A stretch of DNA of 57,042 bases, counting the filler, from Sphacelaria rigidula (Eukaryota): the NCBI GenBank assembly GCA_964200075.2. It is 7 parts of 7 records of this genome, joined end to end, with 100 filler letters (N's around TTAATTAATTAA, not from the genome) between each part and the next. Parts side by side here need not be neighbours in the genome. Positions count along the whole stretch, not along the records: positions 8,165 to 16,228 come from CAXNAA020012437.1; positions 16,329 to 24,392 come from CAXNAA020012438.1; positions 24,493 to 32,555 come from CAXNAA020012439.1; 4 more parts are not named here. The stretch is one strand, 5' to 3'. Below the pieces are notes generated by a model. The model was given only the letters and a program-made list of their open reading frames with translations. It searched no databases and was not told where the DNA came from. Positions 12,385 through 25,414 of this stretch are shown piece after piece. Made by a program: the position numbers and the translations under genes. Every line of letters starts with the position of its first letter. The stretch's first letter is position 1.

Positions 12385-14860
12385 TTGGCTGAACATGCTC
12401 CGGATCTTGTCGGCGGTAAAGTGTCTGTTGATCCTGCCACTTTTACTACTCGCGTAGCGCTCCATTGTGGACCATACGCAACCACGACGGCCAAATGTGT
12501 CTCTTTGTTACATAGCGGTAGTCCACAAACATTTATTCGTGAATCAATGTGGGAACATATGAAACAGATTGGCGCTGCTTCAGCAGCTTGCGAAATCACC
12601 ACCAAACCTCAAGTATAGGGCGGTTTTGGTGACTCCACCGCACCTTTGACCACAAGAATATCCGTTCGTCTCAGTGTGTAATTATTTCACAACACAACTC
12701 GTTCTGCCAGCCTTGCAGTCTGGGCATATGTTGTTTCTGACAGCACTATGGCTCACGCCTTACTCATGGGCCGAGATAGTTACATGCGGTTTGATCAACG
12801 CACCTACCGCACACTACCACCATTTTCGCCACAGTCTGCGCCTCGTGGAGAACTTAACCTTGAACATTTCGGTACTCTTCACGGTGCCTTGGCCTATCAA
12901 AAAAATGAACAAGCTACCGGAGCTGCTTACTACCTCCAATACGATGGTACTGCTGGTGTTACCCTCTCCGACGATCCTCAACTGCTAGAAGTTGCCCTCG
13001 TCCGCCGAAATGGCATGCCTCCCCTTACGGGACATTATTTCGCTGAAATGCTTCCTCGGGTTGGTGCGCCTGCCGGAACAGAACACTTTGTCTCCGCAGG
13101 AAAACAGCTTTTACCCCTCTCGGGTCATGCTAACTTGGAACCCGGAGATGTTTTGGGTATCGCTGCTGCTCCCCTCATGCACATTCCACTTGAGACATGT
13201 GTCACTGAACCCTCGGCGCCCAAATCGGCGCCTCCGACAGACGGTTCTGTCAATTGCGTCGATAAGCCCTGCTTCGACGTAACCTCTTCGTCTCCATCAC
13301 GTATCCACACCGTGGGCCCTGCACCGTCAACATCCGACCCTCCTGCTGAAGTGCTGCAACGCCTATCACCAGAATCTCGGACAAGTTTCTTGCACTTGTG
13401 GGATCACCTTCCATCCCATGTACGTGACATCAACTTTGACTACAAGTACCCGGTTGGGTACCCTCTGTACTCAAACAGTTGAGCGATGTTTTATCGGAGT
13501 ACCAAGACCGATTTCTCGATCCAAAACGGATCTAGGGCATCGCAAACTGCTGCCCTCTGAAATCACACTTCAACCTGGCGTTTCGCCAATCTCTTCTCCA
13601 CCGTACCGGACGAAACCCATCTTTACAGAAAAAGTTCACGCCATTTTAGATGCGTACTTGGGTACCGAATTAGTCCAACACTCGTCTTCTCCATGGGCCT
13701 CAACGCTTATGGTAGTCCCCAAAAAGGATGGAAACTTACGCATCACCGTGAATTATCAACGACTAAATCGCGTTACTGTAGTGGGAAAACTTCCCATTCC
13801 TCGCATAGATGAAGTCTTCGACTCTCCAGGCGAAGGCAAAATATTCAGTACCATCGGCCTCGCTTCTGGGTTTTTCCAGAATGTCATCCACCCTGATACA
13901 GTCCCGATGGCAGCGTTCTGTACATCTTCTGGGCTCTACGAATGGCTCCGTATGCCACAAGGTGCCGCCACTGCACCAGGTTGTTTTCAACGCTTAATGC
14001 AATGCGTTACAGATAATCTCGAACACGTCATCATGTACTTGGACGACGCTATCGCATTCGATGCCTCCCCTCTTGCTCATGTACAAGCCTTACGAGAGTT
14101 TCTTTCTCGACTGCGGAAACATGATTTGAAACTGTCTCCATCCACAGCTCGCCTTGGCGCGACTGAACTGGATTTTCTGGGACACTCAATTTCACCGGCG
14201 GATCTACACCCCGAAACCAACAAAGTCAGGGCCATGACTGAATTGCCGATGCCCACAAATATTACACAGCTCCACTTATTATTAGGTGGACTGTCCTACT
14301 ATCGCAAAGTTTTGCCTAACCTCTCCAAACGGATTCGCCCCGTTACGGACTTGCTTAAAAAAGTCGCGGTGTTTGTCTTTACCACAGATATGGAAGCTAT
14401 CGTGCGCGACTTGCTAAAAACGCTCACCGAAAAACCGGTCCTTTGTTTTCCCAGACTGGGATGCCGTACAAGACGGCTCTCGCCTCTTTCAACTACATAC
14501 AGACGCGAGCATCGACGGGTTCGGCGCGGTCCTGAATCAACCTCAACTCGATAGCTCTATTCGACCCATCCTCTACATTAGTCGCGCCACCCTGCCAAAC
14601 GAAGCCAACTGGAGCCCATTGGAGCTGGAATGCGGAGTCATCACTTACTTGGGCCATAAAGCGCCTTCGACAATATTTGTTCCATGTGCCTTTCCAATTC
14701 TACACGGATCACGGAGCACCGGAACAACTCGCCAAATTTGGCGAACATAACCCGCGTGTGCAACGCTGGTTGGAGTTCCTGACAGCTTATCAGTATACTG
14801 TCAAACACCGCCCTGGAAAAACCAACGGGAATGCCGACTCTCCCGCTTGCCCCTCCTTCC
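12385..14860 (+). pseudogene. pol: pol pseudogene: retropepsin, reverse transcriptase, RNase H
   Basis: LLHSGSPQTFI (DSG to HSG); SSSPWAS, KKDGNLRITVNYQRLN, GLYEWLRMPQG, YLDD, FLGH; frameshifted LHTDAS and FYTDH...RVQRW...HRPGKTNGNAD. Confidence 0.93.
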
Positions 14861-15159
14861 AACGGTTGTCGATTTTAGCCCCGCTTGCCGACTAACTGAA
14901 CCCGATGAACCTGGCGTGTACCCTATCCGGCATTTCTCAACGCCCATTTAGTCCTTGACCTTCATTGCCCAGAGACGGGTATGCATCGTGCGCTTCATCG
15001 ATGACCCCGGACTCGTACACCTCAAACTCCGCCCAGAGCCTTACACCGCAAGTCCATCCGCACCGAAAGGATCTTCGTGTCTCCAGCGACTCAAGCCCAA
15101 AGGCCTCCGCCGCGGAATTCAACATAACATCGATTGCACTCACGATGTCAACGCACCAC

Positions 15160-15546
15160 TTTGAGTTTACACAGATCTCATGCCTCCCCCTCCCCGGCAT
15201 TTTTTCCCCCTTTTTTTTTCCTTTTTCGATGTCTTTTAGATATTTCCCTCCTCCCACCACTCAGGACACACCAGTGCTGTAACGCCCCGCTTTGAGATTA
15301 CACAGACCTCATGCCTCCCCCTCCCCGGCATTTTTTTCCCCTTTTTTTTTTCCTTTGTCGATCTCTTTTAGATATTTCCCTCCTCCCCCCACTCAGGACA
15401 CACCAGTGCTATAACGCCCCGCTTTGAGCTTACACAGACCTCTTGCCTCCCCCTCCCCGCCATTTTTCCCCCTGTTTTCCTTATTTTCCTCTGTCGATAT
15501 CTTCTAGATATTTCCCTTCTCCCACCACTCAGGACACACCAGTGCT
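15160..15546 (+). repeat. Tandem repeat, 3 x about 130 bp
   Basis: TTTGAG.TTACACAGA.CTC.TGCCTCCCCCTCCCC...CACTCAGGACACACCAGTGCT starting near 15160, 15291 and 15423. Confidence 0.92.
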
Positions 15547-16394
15547 GTCCACCAACTCCTTCAACAGCCTACAACCGGAGTTTCCTCAGCGCACAGCGTC
15601 GGACCACGAATGGACCTTGCCTGGAGCACCTTCATCCTCGGCTACTGGAGCTTTTCGTATTATCGCTTTTGATTTCAATGACTGGCGCTAGATTACTTGC
15701 AGTCTTTATGTTGCTGATCCCTTTGCTTTCCTCAGCCGTCATGCGCTCGCCGCCTGTGATTGACCTTTCGGCGGTTGACTTTGATGCTACCCGCGTAGAC
15801 GTTGTGCCCTGGTGCGATTTCCCTTTTGCCTCTTTTTTGGCTAGCACGTCGAAGCATTTTTATGTTCGTCTCTAAACTTCGCTAGCCCGCAGCAGCATTG
15901 TGTGCTCCTGCGTCTTCAAGCACACTTGCGCTTTTCGATAACGAATTTCGTTTACCTTGCTTGAGCAGTGTTATTCCTTTTCAATAATATGGAGGCGGTA
16001 TTTTTGGAAAATAGGCGCCCCAACACCGCACACTTGGCGTCTGACGGAGCTGGAAGTTGATATGTGTGTGGGTTGAAGCCGAAGCTATGTGTCGACGCGG
16101 CAGTTGCGGCGATCCAATGCGTTTTAAGCGCGGCGTGACCTGAAACGAAGATTTTGGACGATGCTGAACCTGTTCCGAAAAGTATAACACTTTCTAATGA
16201 CAGTTCTAGAGGGTAATGATATCAAATCNNNNNNNNNNNNNNNNNNNNNNNNNNNNNNNNNNNNNNNNNNNNTTAATTAATTAANNNNNNNNNNNNNNNN
16301 NNNNNNNNNNNNNNNNNNNNNNNNNNNNTGCTTTATTCCTTTTCGGATCCTGCTTTCTGGCTCTGAGATGTGGGTGGCTGTGCGGGGTAGGGGA

Positions 16395-16475
16395 TGGGGT
16401 AGGGGGCGTACTCATTTGTTGCTTACCTTAATCGTTTTACCATTGACCACACACCCCTTTCGCGATGGAGCAAGG
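16395..16475 (-). repeat. LINE 3'-tail copy
   Basis: GGGGCGTACTCATTTGTTGCTTACCTTAATCGTTTTACCATTGACCAC, homologous to 23889-23940. Confidence 0.8.
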
Positions 16476-16539
16476 GGCAGTGGGGGGGGGCTATCGCGGC
16501 ATCATTCATTGTCGTCCATTGTACATAGTACACAGCCCT

Positions 16540-18100
16540 GCACCCCGTCGTGCAATTAGTAAATGATTGCAAACACGGTAGCGGGCACTCCGAACGACGC
16601 AAGCACGGACCAGAGGAGGGTGCGGTCGACAGTGTTATGCACTTTTACTACATTAGTGAGGAACACCCACCACCGGGTCTTCTGGGCTCTTCGCAGCTCC
16701 TGCAGTCTACGCTTCGTCACCACTATCTCGTAAGTCAAGCGTCGACAGTGTAAATAATACTGTTTTCCTAGAAGGAGCTCGTTTTGCTCCAGATGTACCC
16801 TGAGCCGACACCGTGAAAAGACCTTTGTCTGCGCATGTTCATGCTTCTATAACTCTGTAGTCCGCGCACTTCGTCGAGGCTTTGTCCTCGTGTGTAACCT
16901 TGGTAACAACGCCCTTTTATAGGTAAGCCTCTTCTTTTTTTTCGCATCTCCACGATGATTTTCCGCAATTCCGCAGAATTTCGTATGTTCCTGTAATTTA
17001 CCTACTCAAATCAGTCCCGCAGAAAGATTATCGGGTCTTGTCGCAGTCCCATTCGTGGATATACCCAAGGCGTCTTCGGCCTCTTCAATGGACGGTATCA
17101 TAACGACTGGTATCTGAACTGAGGACTCTGGAATCCGCATCACCACGGATGGGTTGATGGTGTCCGTCTACTCGTTCAGTAGGTTGTGGGGGTACCTTCC
17201 CCACCTCAGTTGTCCGCCGGATCCCTCAGCAAGATGTCCTCTTCGTCCCTGATATGTTAGAGTTACCACTCCTTTGACCCCTCTTAACCCCTACCTCCCG
17301 GTGCGCGGATAGGCATTTTTCATCACCTTTGGATCGAAGGCGTTTCACGTGCAAGACGTGGCTGTTCAGATACGTCACGACGATGGTGGTCTTTGCAGCT
17401 ATCTGGGGGACATACAGGCGGCCAAGACAGCTTTCTGTAGTGATATATTAGTTGGAGCAACTTATGCTGCAACTTTCTGAGTGTCTTATCTCACCCGCGA
17501 CGATGTCCCGATCTCTTGTTGTGTGTTGGGGTCGCACTAGCCGAGTTGGCGCGTCCGTCGCGGGGTTGGTCGGATGATCTCGCTCGCTGCGATGCAGATG
17601 GTGCCAATGAAGGTAGTGGTGAAGTAATCGACCGTTAGTGATGCGAGGTGGTCTGTGGAACGGAGTTGTGCTTAGATGGCGCGGAGCACCTTCCCCCAGG
17701 CGGTTCGACTGACGAGTTGTGTGTGGTCCAGCTGTTTGCTATCACCACCGTTGGTGCGATCGTGTTTCCGGCGGTTGGTGGGGACTTGGCTCACTATTTA
17801 GTCTGGTCAACACAACATGCACGCTTGAGTGGTCGGGAGCATTCCTTGCTACTTTGTCCAAGGTTGCGCATTTGGCCGGCATGTATGCAACAACAAAAAT
17901 GAGCCAAGTATCTGTGCATACCATTTAGATTCAAGCTTCCATCGTTCGTTCGCTCATGGCCTCAACCCACTTGATCACGGAGGGGCCACCTCCGAGCTGG
18001 TTGGAGCTTCCCTTGCCCGTTCGTTGAAGTACGCGTTGTACCTCGGTCGGGTGTAATGGTATACCCTGGGCGCTTGATCCCTTTAAGTTCAACAACGCTT
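16540..18100 (-). mobile_element. Heavily decayed non-LTR retrotransposon (APE endonuclease + RT; RTE-like)
   Basis: Minus-strand remnants: FVVAYMP (APE), RRLQELRR and VKVHNTVDRTLLWSVLASFGVP (KAYDSVDR-type RT motif). Confidence 0.7.
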
Positions 18101-21100
18101 AAACCCATGTTCTAATACCGATCATAAGCATGGTCAAGCCTAGTCCAGGTCTCCCGCTCGAGGCTTCCCTAAGGTTGCTACCCGCTTTGCTAAGCCCCCC
18201 TTTTGGCTACCTTCAGCCCGACCCTCCTCTTCGAATTTTTCTAGCATTCTTCTGTTTAGGCGTCACAAAATAAAAAGCGTGCAATGCACCCCTGCTCTCT
18301 CCGTTCTTGTTCTAAATATCACGCCTGGGGTTCAGCCCTTCTCCTGCTGGTGGGGCTATATATCTCCAATCCGGCCGAATCTGTTCCTTACTTACGGGTG
18401 CGCAGCGTTGCCGAGCCTGAAGGGTGCCTAGCAACACCGCGCTTTTCGACACGGGGTGTAGGCTGTACCGCCGAAGTTGGTTGCTGGTAGGTGCCGCGCG
18501 GCGATTGCCAGCTTTCATCTCCTTCATCACCAAAGGCGGGCTGTCACCCCGTCGATCTGTTTATCTCGTCGTTTGACGCGGTCTACTCCCGTCGCTGTTG
18601 TTTTTGGCACGGACATGTCAGTGACCTGTCGCCGGTAACATGACACATGTCATGCGGGGCAATGGATGTGGGTACATGCGGTGGAATATGCGGGTACCTG
18701 GGGATAACAGTTCTCATAGGGTATGCAGCGCGCAAGCGCAAGGGCAAGGCAAATCAGCCCATTACACCCATGGACAACAACGGCTTGATTCTCACGGTGA
18801 ACCGGTGCGCTAAGTGCCATCACTGGAGGGTGAGTGCATCATCTCCTACATCATATAGCAGCGCAGAGCGTGAAGATCTCGTTTCTCTACAATCGCCTAT
18901 ACGCCGCAACGTAGTGACGCCCTCGCCTGTGTGATCGGTATTTCAAACTCGATTTTCCCACACCTGACCACTAGTACAGCACAGCTAGTTCTCGGGCGGG
19001 AAGATCTCACCCCAACATGCTTCGATAAAACGAGCATATCTCGAGCGCACAGCAGTCGTCTAGTGCGTCGAAAATATCTCAGGGTTTGAAATACCTTGTC
19101 AGTCGGCTCTTTCTGCCGTATGTTTGGTTCAACACACATGAACCCCCGCAAATCCTCCAGTGCGGTGCGCGCTCGATGTTTTGTCCTCGTTTTGAGTGAT
19201 CACCTCTCGACAGCTACGGCGCCACCTCTGACAGGATGTCACAGGAAATGTTTTGGAAATTCATCGATCGGTGTACCCTTTAATTGTTAGAGTAACCCCA
19301 CGACTGTCGAGATATGTATACAGTCGCGCTCGAGAAAACGACACAGGTCATACGGCCAACGCGGCCATAAACCTTTACTTTCGTCATCGGTCGTTATCGC
19401 GATCACCCGCACACCCCATTCGCCGTGCGTTATGGTTGGAGGTTAGACTATCAACACCACTTGTCGAGCCTTCGTTGAGCACTACGAAAATCGCTGAAGG
19501 TAGAGAAGGGTCAAGGTTTGGCTTTGATTCACACAGTGCGCTTCCCATACGCAAAATCATGAACACCGTCAGCGCTGTGATGAACTGCCCTGCCTTACAC
19601 GAAGCGACCACGTGCGACACAAGTTGTTCAGCAAGGGGTGGGGATTCCGTTCAACAAGACGAGCAAGCTCCACGCCTCCGTCAAGAACACCTCAGCTCAT
19701 CACTTTCTCGCTCAACTGACTGTAAGGTCATAAGGTGCTGTGGTGCTTGCAATTATGGACGATGAGCGTGGTGAACGCCGCAAGATGGCGTGATCATTTG
19801 GAGGACTAGGAGTGTCCCTTGGACAGTTGATTCGGTGACACATTGTTGGGGTGGTGTGCTGAACGACGAAGACTGTCCATTGCCATCCTTAAATACGTCG
19901 GGTCAAGCTAATGTGTTTTTCCTTGCTGCGTGTAGGCCTCTAGGTACTCTAATACAGGCCTCGGGGTGCTACAATACACAAGGAAAGCACGCCAAACAGC
20001 TTCTTCGCCAGTGTGACCGCGGGTCTCGACTTTCTATTCATCACCCAAGCGCCTGAACGCTTTTCTCAGACCCAAACTTGACCTGGAACCTTGGAGTCAC
20101 AATCCATGTTCGGTGAGAAGCTGATGACAATACGTGCGGGGCCTGTTGGAGGGGGGGGGGGGGCAAAGGCATACTGAAATCAATCTGTTGACACGATACC
20201 GAGACCGAGGACTTTTGAGGCAAGGCAGATTCAAGCAGTTACTTGAATCCATACTAGCTGTTTTAAAGCCAATATATAGATTAAACTGCCATAGCTGTTG
20301 GCCATACAAGAACCAAGCAGTCACTGACCACACTGATGTCAACTCAGTTTGACACCTCGCTGATCTTACGCTCATGGATTCTCACTTTAGGTCAAGTGAT
20401 GTGCTGGGCATCGGGGTTCATGTAAAAAGTCATCATCCAGAGGTATGTACAGGTGGTCTCTGACCAGTGTTGCGACTGAATTAGTGTCATGTTCTTCCCC
20501 ACCCCTCCAAAAACCCCACATGATGGAGTCAGCAGATTCGATTCATCCAGAATCAAACGATGCTGACTTCGAACTATGGACCACGTCTATGCTTACCTCA
20601 TACGAAAACTCTGGCTCCACTCTACCCAGCACGGCGTACGAACTGACAATAGATGTTTCCCAAATGCTCGAAAAGCAGATATGTGTGTTGTCCGAACACG
20701 ATGGTCGTTTTTATTCTAGTATCTGATAATGCAATGGCACAGAACTCATGCTGTACTGCCACACGCTTGCGCTTACTTCACACACGTCGGACCTGCTCAC
20801 AGTCGTGGTTGAAGGTTAAGATTGCGCTTTACCTGACTCGCTGAGCAGCCGTGGCTCAAACCTCACACAACACCCTGATTTTAGCTGCTCGTGGTTGTCT
20901 TTACCTTAGCCTTTTCATTTGTAGCAACAGCATATCTCGTCAGGACTCAATACACCCATGATAATGTGTCTTGGCTATCCAGTGGATGCAGATTTGTCTC
21001 ATCAGGTGCCGTGAGAGTAGAGATATTGCCAACTCTGTGCTGGGTATTTGAGCATGGAAGATGCAGTCAAAGCTATCGCTGGAAGCACCATAGTCAGCAG

Positions 21101-22179
21101 GGCCGCGGTTTCGCCACACATGGCCATTGCTGGGAAATCAATGCTCTATGTGCCTCGTTTTATACCCACGATGTACATTTTGTTGTATGTTGCACGTAAT
21201 GCGAGTGGTACGTTATCGTGTCTTGTTTGAAATTTGAATTATTTCGATCAGCGATCAATCCGCATTTAAAAGTGACTACAGCACGATACAGTCAGTCGTA
21301 GATGCGGACTGTGTACTGGAGATACGTCAAGTACGCTTTTGCGTCCCGATATTGGTCAGGCTGTCTAACTTTTGTTGCGTCGTTGAATTTTTGGCATAGG
21401 TGTTGCAATTTCCTCTTAATAATCCCTGTACTACGCGTATACCTTTCTTATCCCGGTAGACTACGTCGCGCAAGATATCGATGCATATGAAGTCAGCACA
21501 CCGGTAACCTGACCCCAGCTTCCTGCGCACAGCTGAAAGTAAGCTCAACCCAACGAATATTTTGAGCCAACGGTTCCGACAGGTGAGCGAACTTAAGCCA
21601 TGGTGTTGAGCCGCCGGCATTCATATGCACCCGCCACACCTAGTGCAATAAAACGGCAAATGATCATAAGGCTGTGGGCGTCACCTCAGTGGTATATGAA
21701 GCGATATAATGCGAGAGCAACAGTCTTGCAATGCCATGGAACTGGTCCGCGCAGGGGCGATGGTGAGCAATCAAGCAGCGACAAATTCCTCTCTCCCTCG
21801 TCCTACGTCACCTGATTTCGTTTCAAAGTGTCTGTCACATTTTGCCCCACACGCATGCAATTGCAATCGCTCTCACAACCAGTCATACTCGTTGCGTGAT
21901 GTAGTTTGGTATGGCGTATTGGGGGTTGCGTGTGCGACGCCCAGCCCGAGACCAGCGATATCTGTCATTATCCGCGAAGAACGGAGGCGCTTGAAAGTGC
22001 CAAAAGCTGAAAATGGCCGGCGCAACACTGTCACGATATCAACCCTGCGCTGAAGTTCCATCCAAGTCCAACCCGTCACCCCCCTGCCACCCACCAACAC
22101 AAGCCCCTTTTTTAACTTGTAGCTGCTCACACACAGCTGATCCCTGTAGGGTGGTGAGGGCGTTGTTCAGTTGTGTGTA

Positions 22180-23880
22180 GGGGGGAAGGGGGGTGTACTC
22201 ATGATCATGCATGCCATAGTCATAAGACGATTGACCTCGCGTCCCTACAAAGCCGGGACGAGGCACGCAGAGTTTTCGCCGGACCAGGCTCGCCCTCAAT
22301 CATTAAGCGCGAAGCGTCGTTGTGTCTTGGGGTGGAAAGCAAGATTTATAAGGTATATCGGATTTATTCCAAACCATCAACGGCTTTCAAGAGAGAGAGA
22401 TACGAGGTGGGCGTTTGGCCCCAAGCTGTGACTGCGATGAGGGCCCTCGATTGTAAAACTTCAGGTTAGCAGAGCTCCTGTGTGTGGTGATCTGGGTTGA
22501 GAACGTACTATGGACAGAGTGATCACCTACGATCAGATCACTTGACCGGATGTTATGGGGGATAATTTGGTCAGATCACCGGTACTTTCGGACCGCCTCG
22601 AGATAGGGGCAGGCGTATTCATGATATTTCATGCCGTCGTGAGAAGACCGTCGACCTCGCATACCTACAAAGCGGGGACGGAGCACGCCATGGGGAGTGA
22701 ACGTTAGACAGGCGTTCAGTGCTGTTTCGGCGTTTGCGGCCTGTATTCCTTCGCGGTCATCGCAGCGTCCTTTGGATGCACAATTCAATGCAGAGCCAGG
22801 AGGAACCTCAGCTCGTCCAAGCGCCGTATGGCCATCGTTTGAGTCTTTCAGATAAACCCACTCTCACCTGAAAGGGCATCGTGGTTGTGGAGTAATGAAA
22901 AAACCCGTGATGCATGTCACATTTGTGACCGTGCCTGTCAGCACCACGCGAGATTTGTTCATCCACAGTACCTATCGTTTCTTGGCGTATGTCATGCTTC
23001 ACCGGGAATTCAGCAGCTGTTGTGATGGTGACGTGAGGGTAGCCCTAGCCGTGCTGGCTTCGACCAGAGCGTCAGCGTGGCTGTCGTGCCTATAAACAGC
23101 GCTTGGCCACGCGCATCAGATACAGAAGATGTGAGTTCCGCAACCACGAAAAGTTTCTAGCGAGATCGCCTCGATGCATCCGTGACAGGACCACACATTT
23201 CACGAGCGAAACTTCGATGCATGGCATACATTGTATACGTGATCTTGCATACTGTAGTCACAAGCCCATTACCTCGCGCAAATTTCCGAGTGGGGAGGGG
23301 GAGGGGGAGGGGGAGGTGCTCATGATCTTGCATGCCGTAGTCATATGACCATTGACCTCACATCCCTACAAAGCCGGAACGAAGCACTTCGGCTTTTGGC
23401 CGGACCAGGCTCGTTTTCAATCACCAAGCGGGAAGGGTCGTGATGTGTTCGGCGAGTCGCATGAAGGGTGAGCTGCATCCTGCTAAGATTTTTCGGCCAG
23501 AAGCGTATTGATTATCTTGCATTTGAATGACAGCCTCCAATAAGTTGCTTTATTGTCTGGTATCGTCACTTCCAGAGACAGCCATGACTTACACACTGCC
23601 TCATCGGTGTCTCACCATTTAAACGCGACGTAGTACGATCATCCTCATTTTCGCGGAATCGAGGTCCTCCCACCTCGCACGACATGATCTAGCTCGATCA
23701 CTTTCATGGTTACCGCAAACAAAACGCAAGCGCGCGAAGAAAATCGGTGACCTGGTTGCCTAGCTCACGTAGGGAGTGGCGTGTTTTACAGCGTCGTTGC
23801 CAACCGACGGCAGTCCCATAGGGGTTCCGTCCCTACAAAGCCGGGACGGAGCACGCTGGGTTTTCGCCGGACCAGGCTAA
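22180..23880 (-). repeat. Cluster of four copies of a short repeat related to the LINE 3' tail (about 22180-22320, 22605-22690, 23290-23435, 23828-23878)
   Basis: Shared core close to CCTACAAAGCCGGGACGGAGCAC...CCGGACCAGGCT; a fifth copy lies at 56265-56395. Confidence 0.88.
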
Positions 23881-23882
23881 TT

Positions 23883-24320
23883 TGGGGGGGGGCGTACTCA
23901 TCCGTTGCTTGCCTTAGTCGTTTGACCATTGGCCACGCATCCGTTTAGAGACGGATCACCCTTCCTACTCCTAGTAGAGACACCTCCACCATTTAGGTGC
24001 TCATTACGTTTCTTCCACACTTTAGATTAAGCGTTTTACATATCTTATTACCGTCCTGTTTCGCCGCCTGTGGCCATCTACCTCTTAGTGTAGTCATCGT
24101 TTATTTCGGTACTGTCTCATGCATCTAACGATTCCATACCAACTTCGTTCACGTCCCGCATTTCCCCCTCTCGCACGCCCCGTTCTTCCTTGTAAACTTC
24201 ACAGTCTGCCACTAAATGAGCTCTGCTCTCTATTGCTTTACCACAGGAGCAATTCTGTGCATCTACTTCCTCCTCCTCTCGACTACTGGTATATCTTTTT
24301 CTTCCTTCTGGCAGAAGGAG
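23883..24320 (-). mobile_element. LINE ORF2 C-terminal fragment plus 3' end
   Basis: NCSCGKAIESRAHLVADC (CCHC-type finger) ... KVWKKRNEHLNGGGVSTRSRKGDPSLNGCVANGQTTKASNG*, then an oligo-C run. Confidence 0.8.
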
Positions 24321-25306
24321 GGGGGGGGGGGGGGGACTTTTTTTTTTTTGGGGGGGGGGGGTTAGTTCAGGCAAATTGGCACACGGGGAGAGNNNNNNNN
24401 NNNNNNNNNNNNNNNNNNNNNNNNNNNNNNNNNNNNTTAATTAATTAANNNNNNNNNNNNNNNNNNNNNNNNNNNNNNNNNNNNNNNNNNNNGGGCTCTC
24501 TGTTGCAGCCCTGAACTCAAGGATTTCAGCAGTCTTTTCGGTTTGGGAAACGAGTTAGGAGCAGCAGAGATATGCTTGTCTGAAGAAATGTTAGCTTCTT
24601 GCCCGGCCCAGCTCGTACGATATACGTGGGTGTGTTTTCAATGAATGGAAAACTCACGTGATTCGGTTACCGTCAGTCGGAAACTATAGTAACAAAGTTT
24701 TGCCAGGATAACCTGCAAGTTTTGCCTAGCTAGTTCCAGAAAGGCTCATCTCTCACCAAGAATTTGTGTGTAATAGACTGTACCTATTGATAATGATACG
24801 GTATTAGTGTACAAGAATGTAAATGCTAATGCTGATCTCAATATACTTGAGACGAAAATTTGTGGCGAGTCTCACGTCAGATTCGGGAGTTTTGGGGAGG
24901 GAAAGAAGGATGGGGGATGGGGAAAAAATGGGGGTATAACCCGTGGATTTAAGGACAAGGTAATGTAACATACTTTCGGAGCGAGGAGCAGCGCTGCACG
25001 CGGACTGGGTACCTCTAAAATATGTTCCAGTGCATCAGCCCCACGCCCAAGGTGCTTGGGCAGCATGCACACTTTTTTTCCGACACATGGGAACAGGGTA
25101 ACCAGGGCGTGGAAAAGGTGAGCTTGTTAGAGCACCTCATTTTGTCAAAAAAAAAATTGCGGGGTACACCCTCCTATAGCCTCAAAAGCTAAGTAGTATC
25201 CTGTTTTCTTCACATACATACCCCCTGTTTATTCAGTGGTAACCTTCCTGCGGATCGTGGAGAGTACCCCCCCCCCAAACAGCCCCCAAACGTACCCCCA
25301 TTTTGC

Positions 25307-25414
25307 ATACCCTGAACAAAAGAATACACGGTCAAAAATTGTACCGCATACAGTATGGAATCTATTCTGTACGCGGTACAATTTTTGACCGTGTATTCTA
25401 TTGTCCAGGGTATG
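25307..25414. mobile_element. Foldback MITE (near-perfect hairpin), TIR ACCCTGRACAA
   Basis: GCATACCCTGAACAAAAGAATACACGGTCAAAAATTGTACCGC / GCGGTACAATTTTTGACCGTGTATTCTATTGTCCAGGGTATGC; relatives at 41561-41691 and about 46368-46511. Confidence 0.88.

Larger units (their letters stand above)
8187..14900 (+). mobile_element. Decayed Ty3/gypsy LTR retrotransposon internal region (gag-protease-RT-RNase H); no LTR or integrase seen
   Basis: Domain order and motifs listed in the gag and pol entries; multiple stops and frameshifts. Confidence 0.9.

Noticed and set aside
15160-15546. CRISPR-like array
   Set aside because: Whole 130-bp units are repeated with no unique spacers, there are no cas genes, and the context is eukaryotic; the same applies to 56390-56572.
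18300-22100. Numerous short ORFs in contig 3
   Set aside because: No motifs or splice-consistent exons; probably old repeat debris and chance ORFs.
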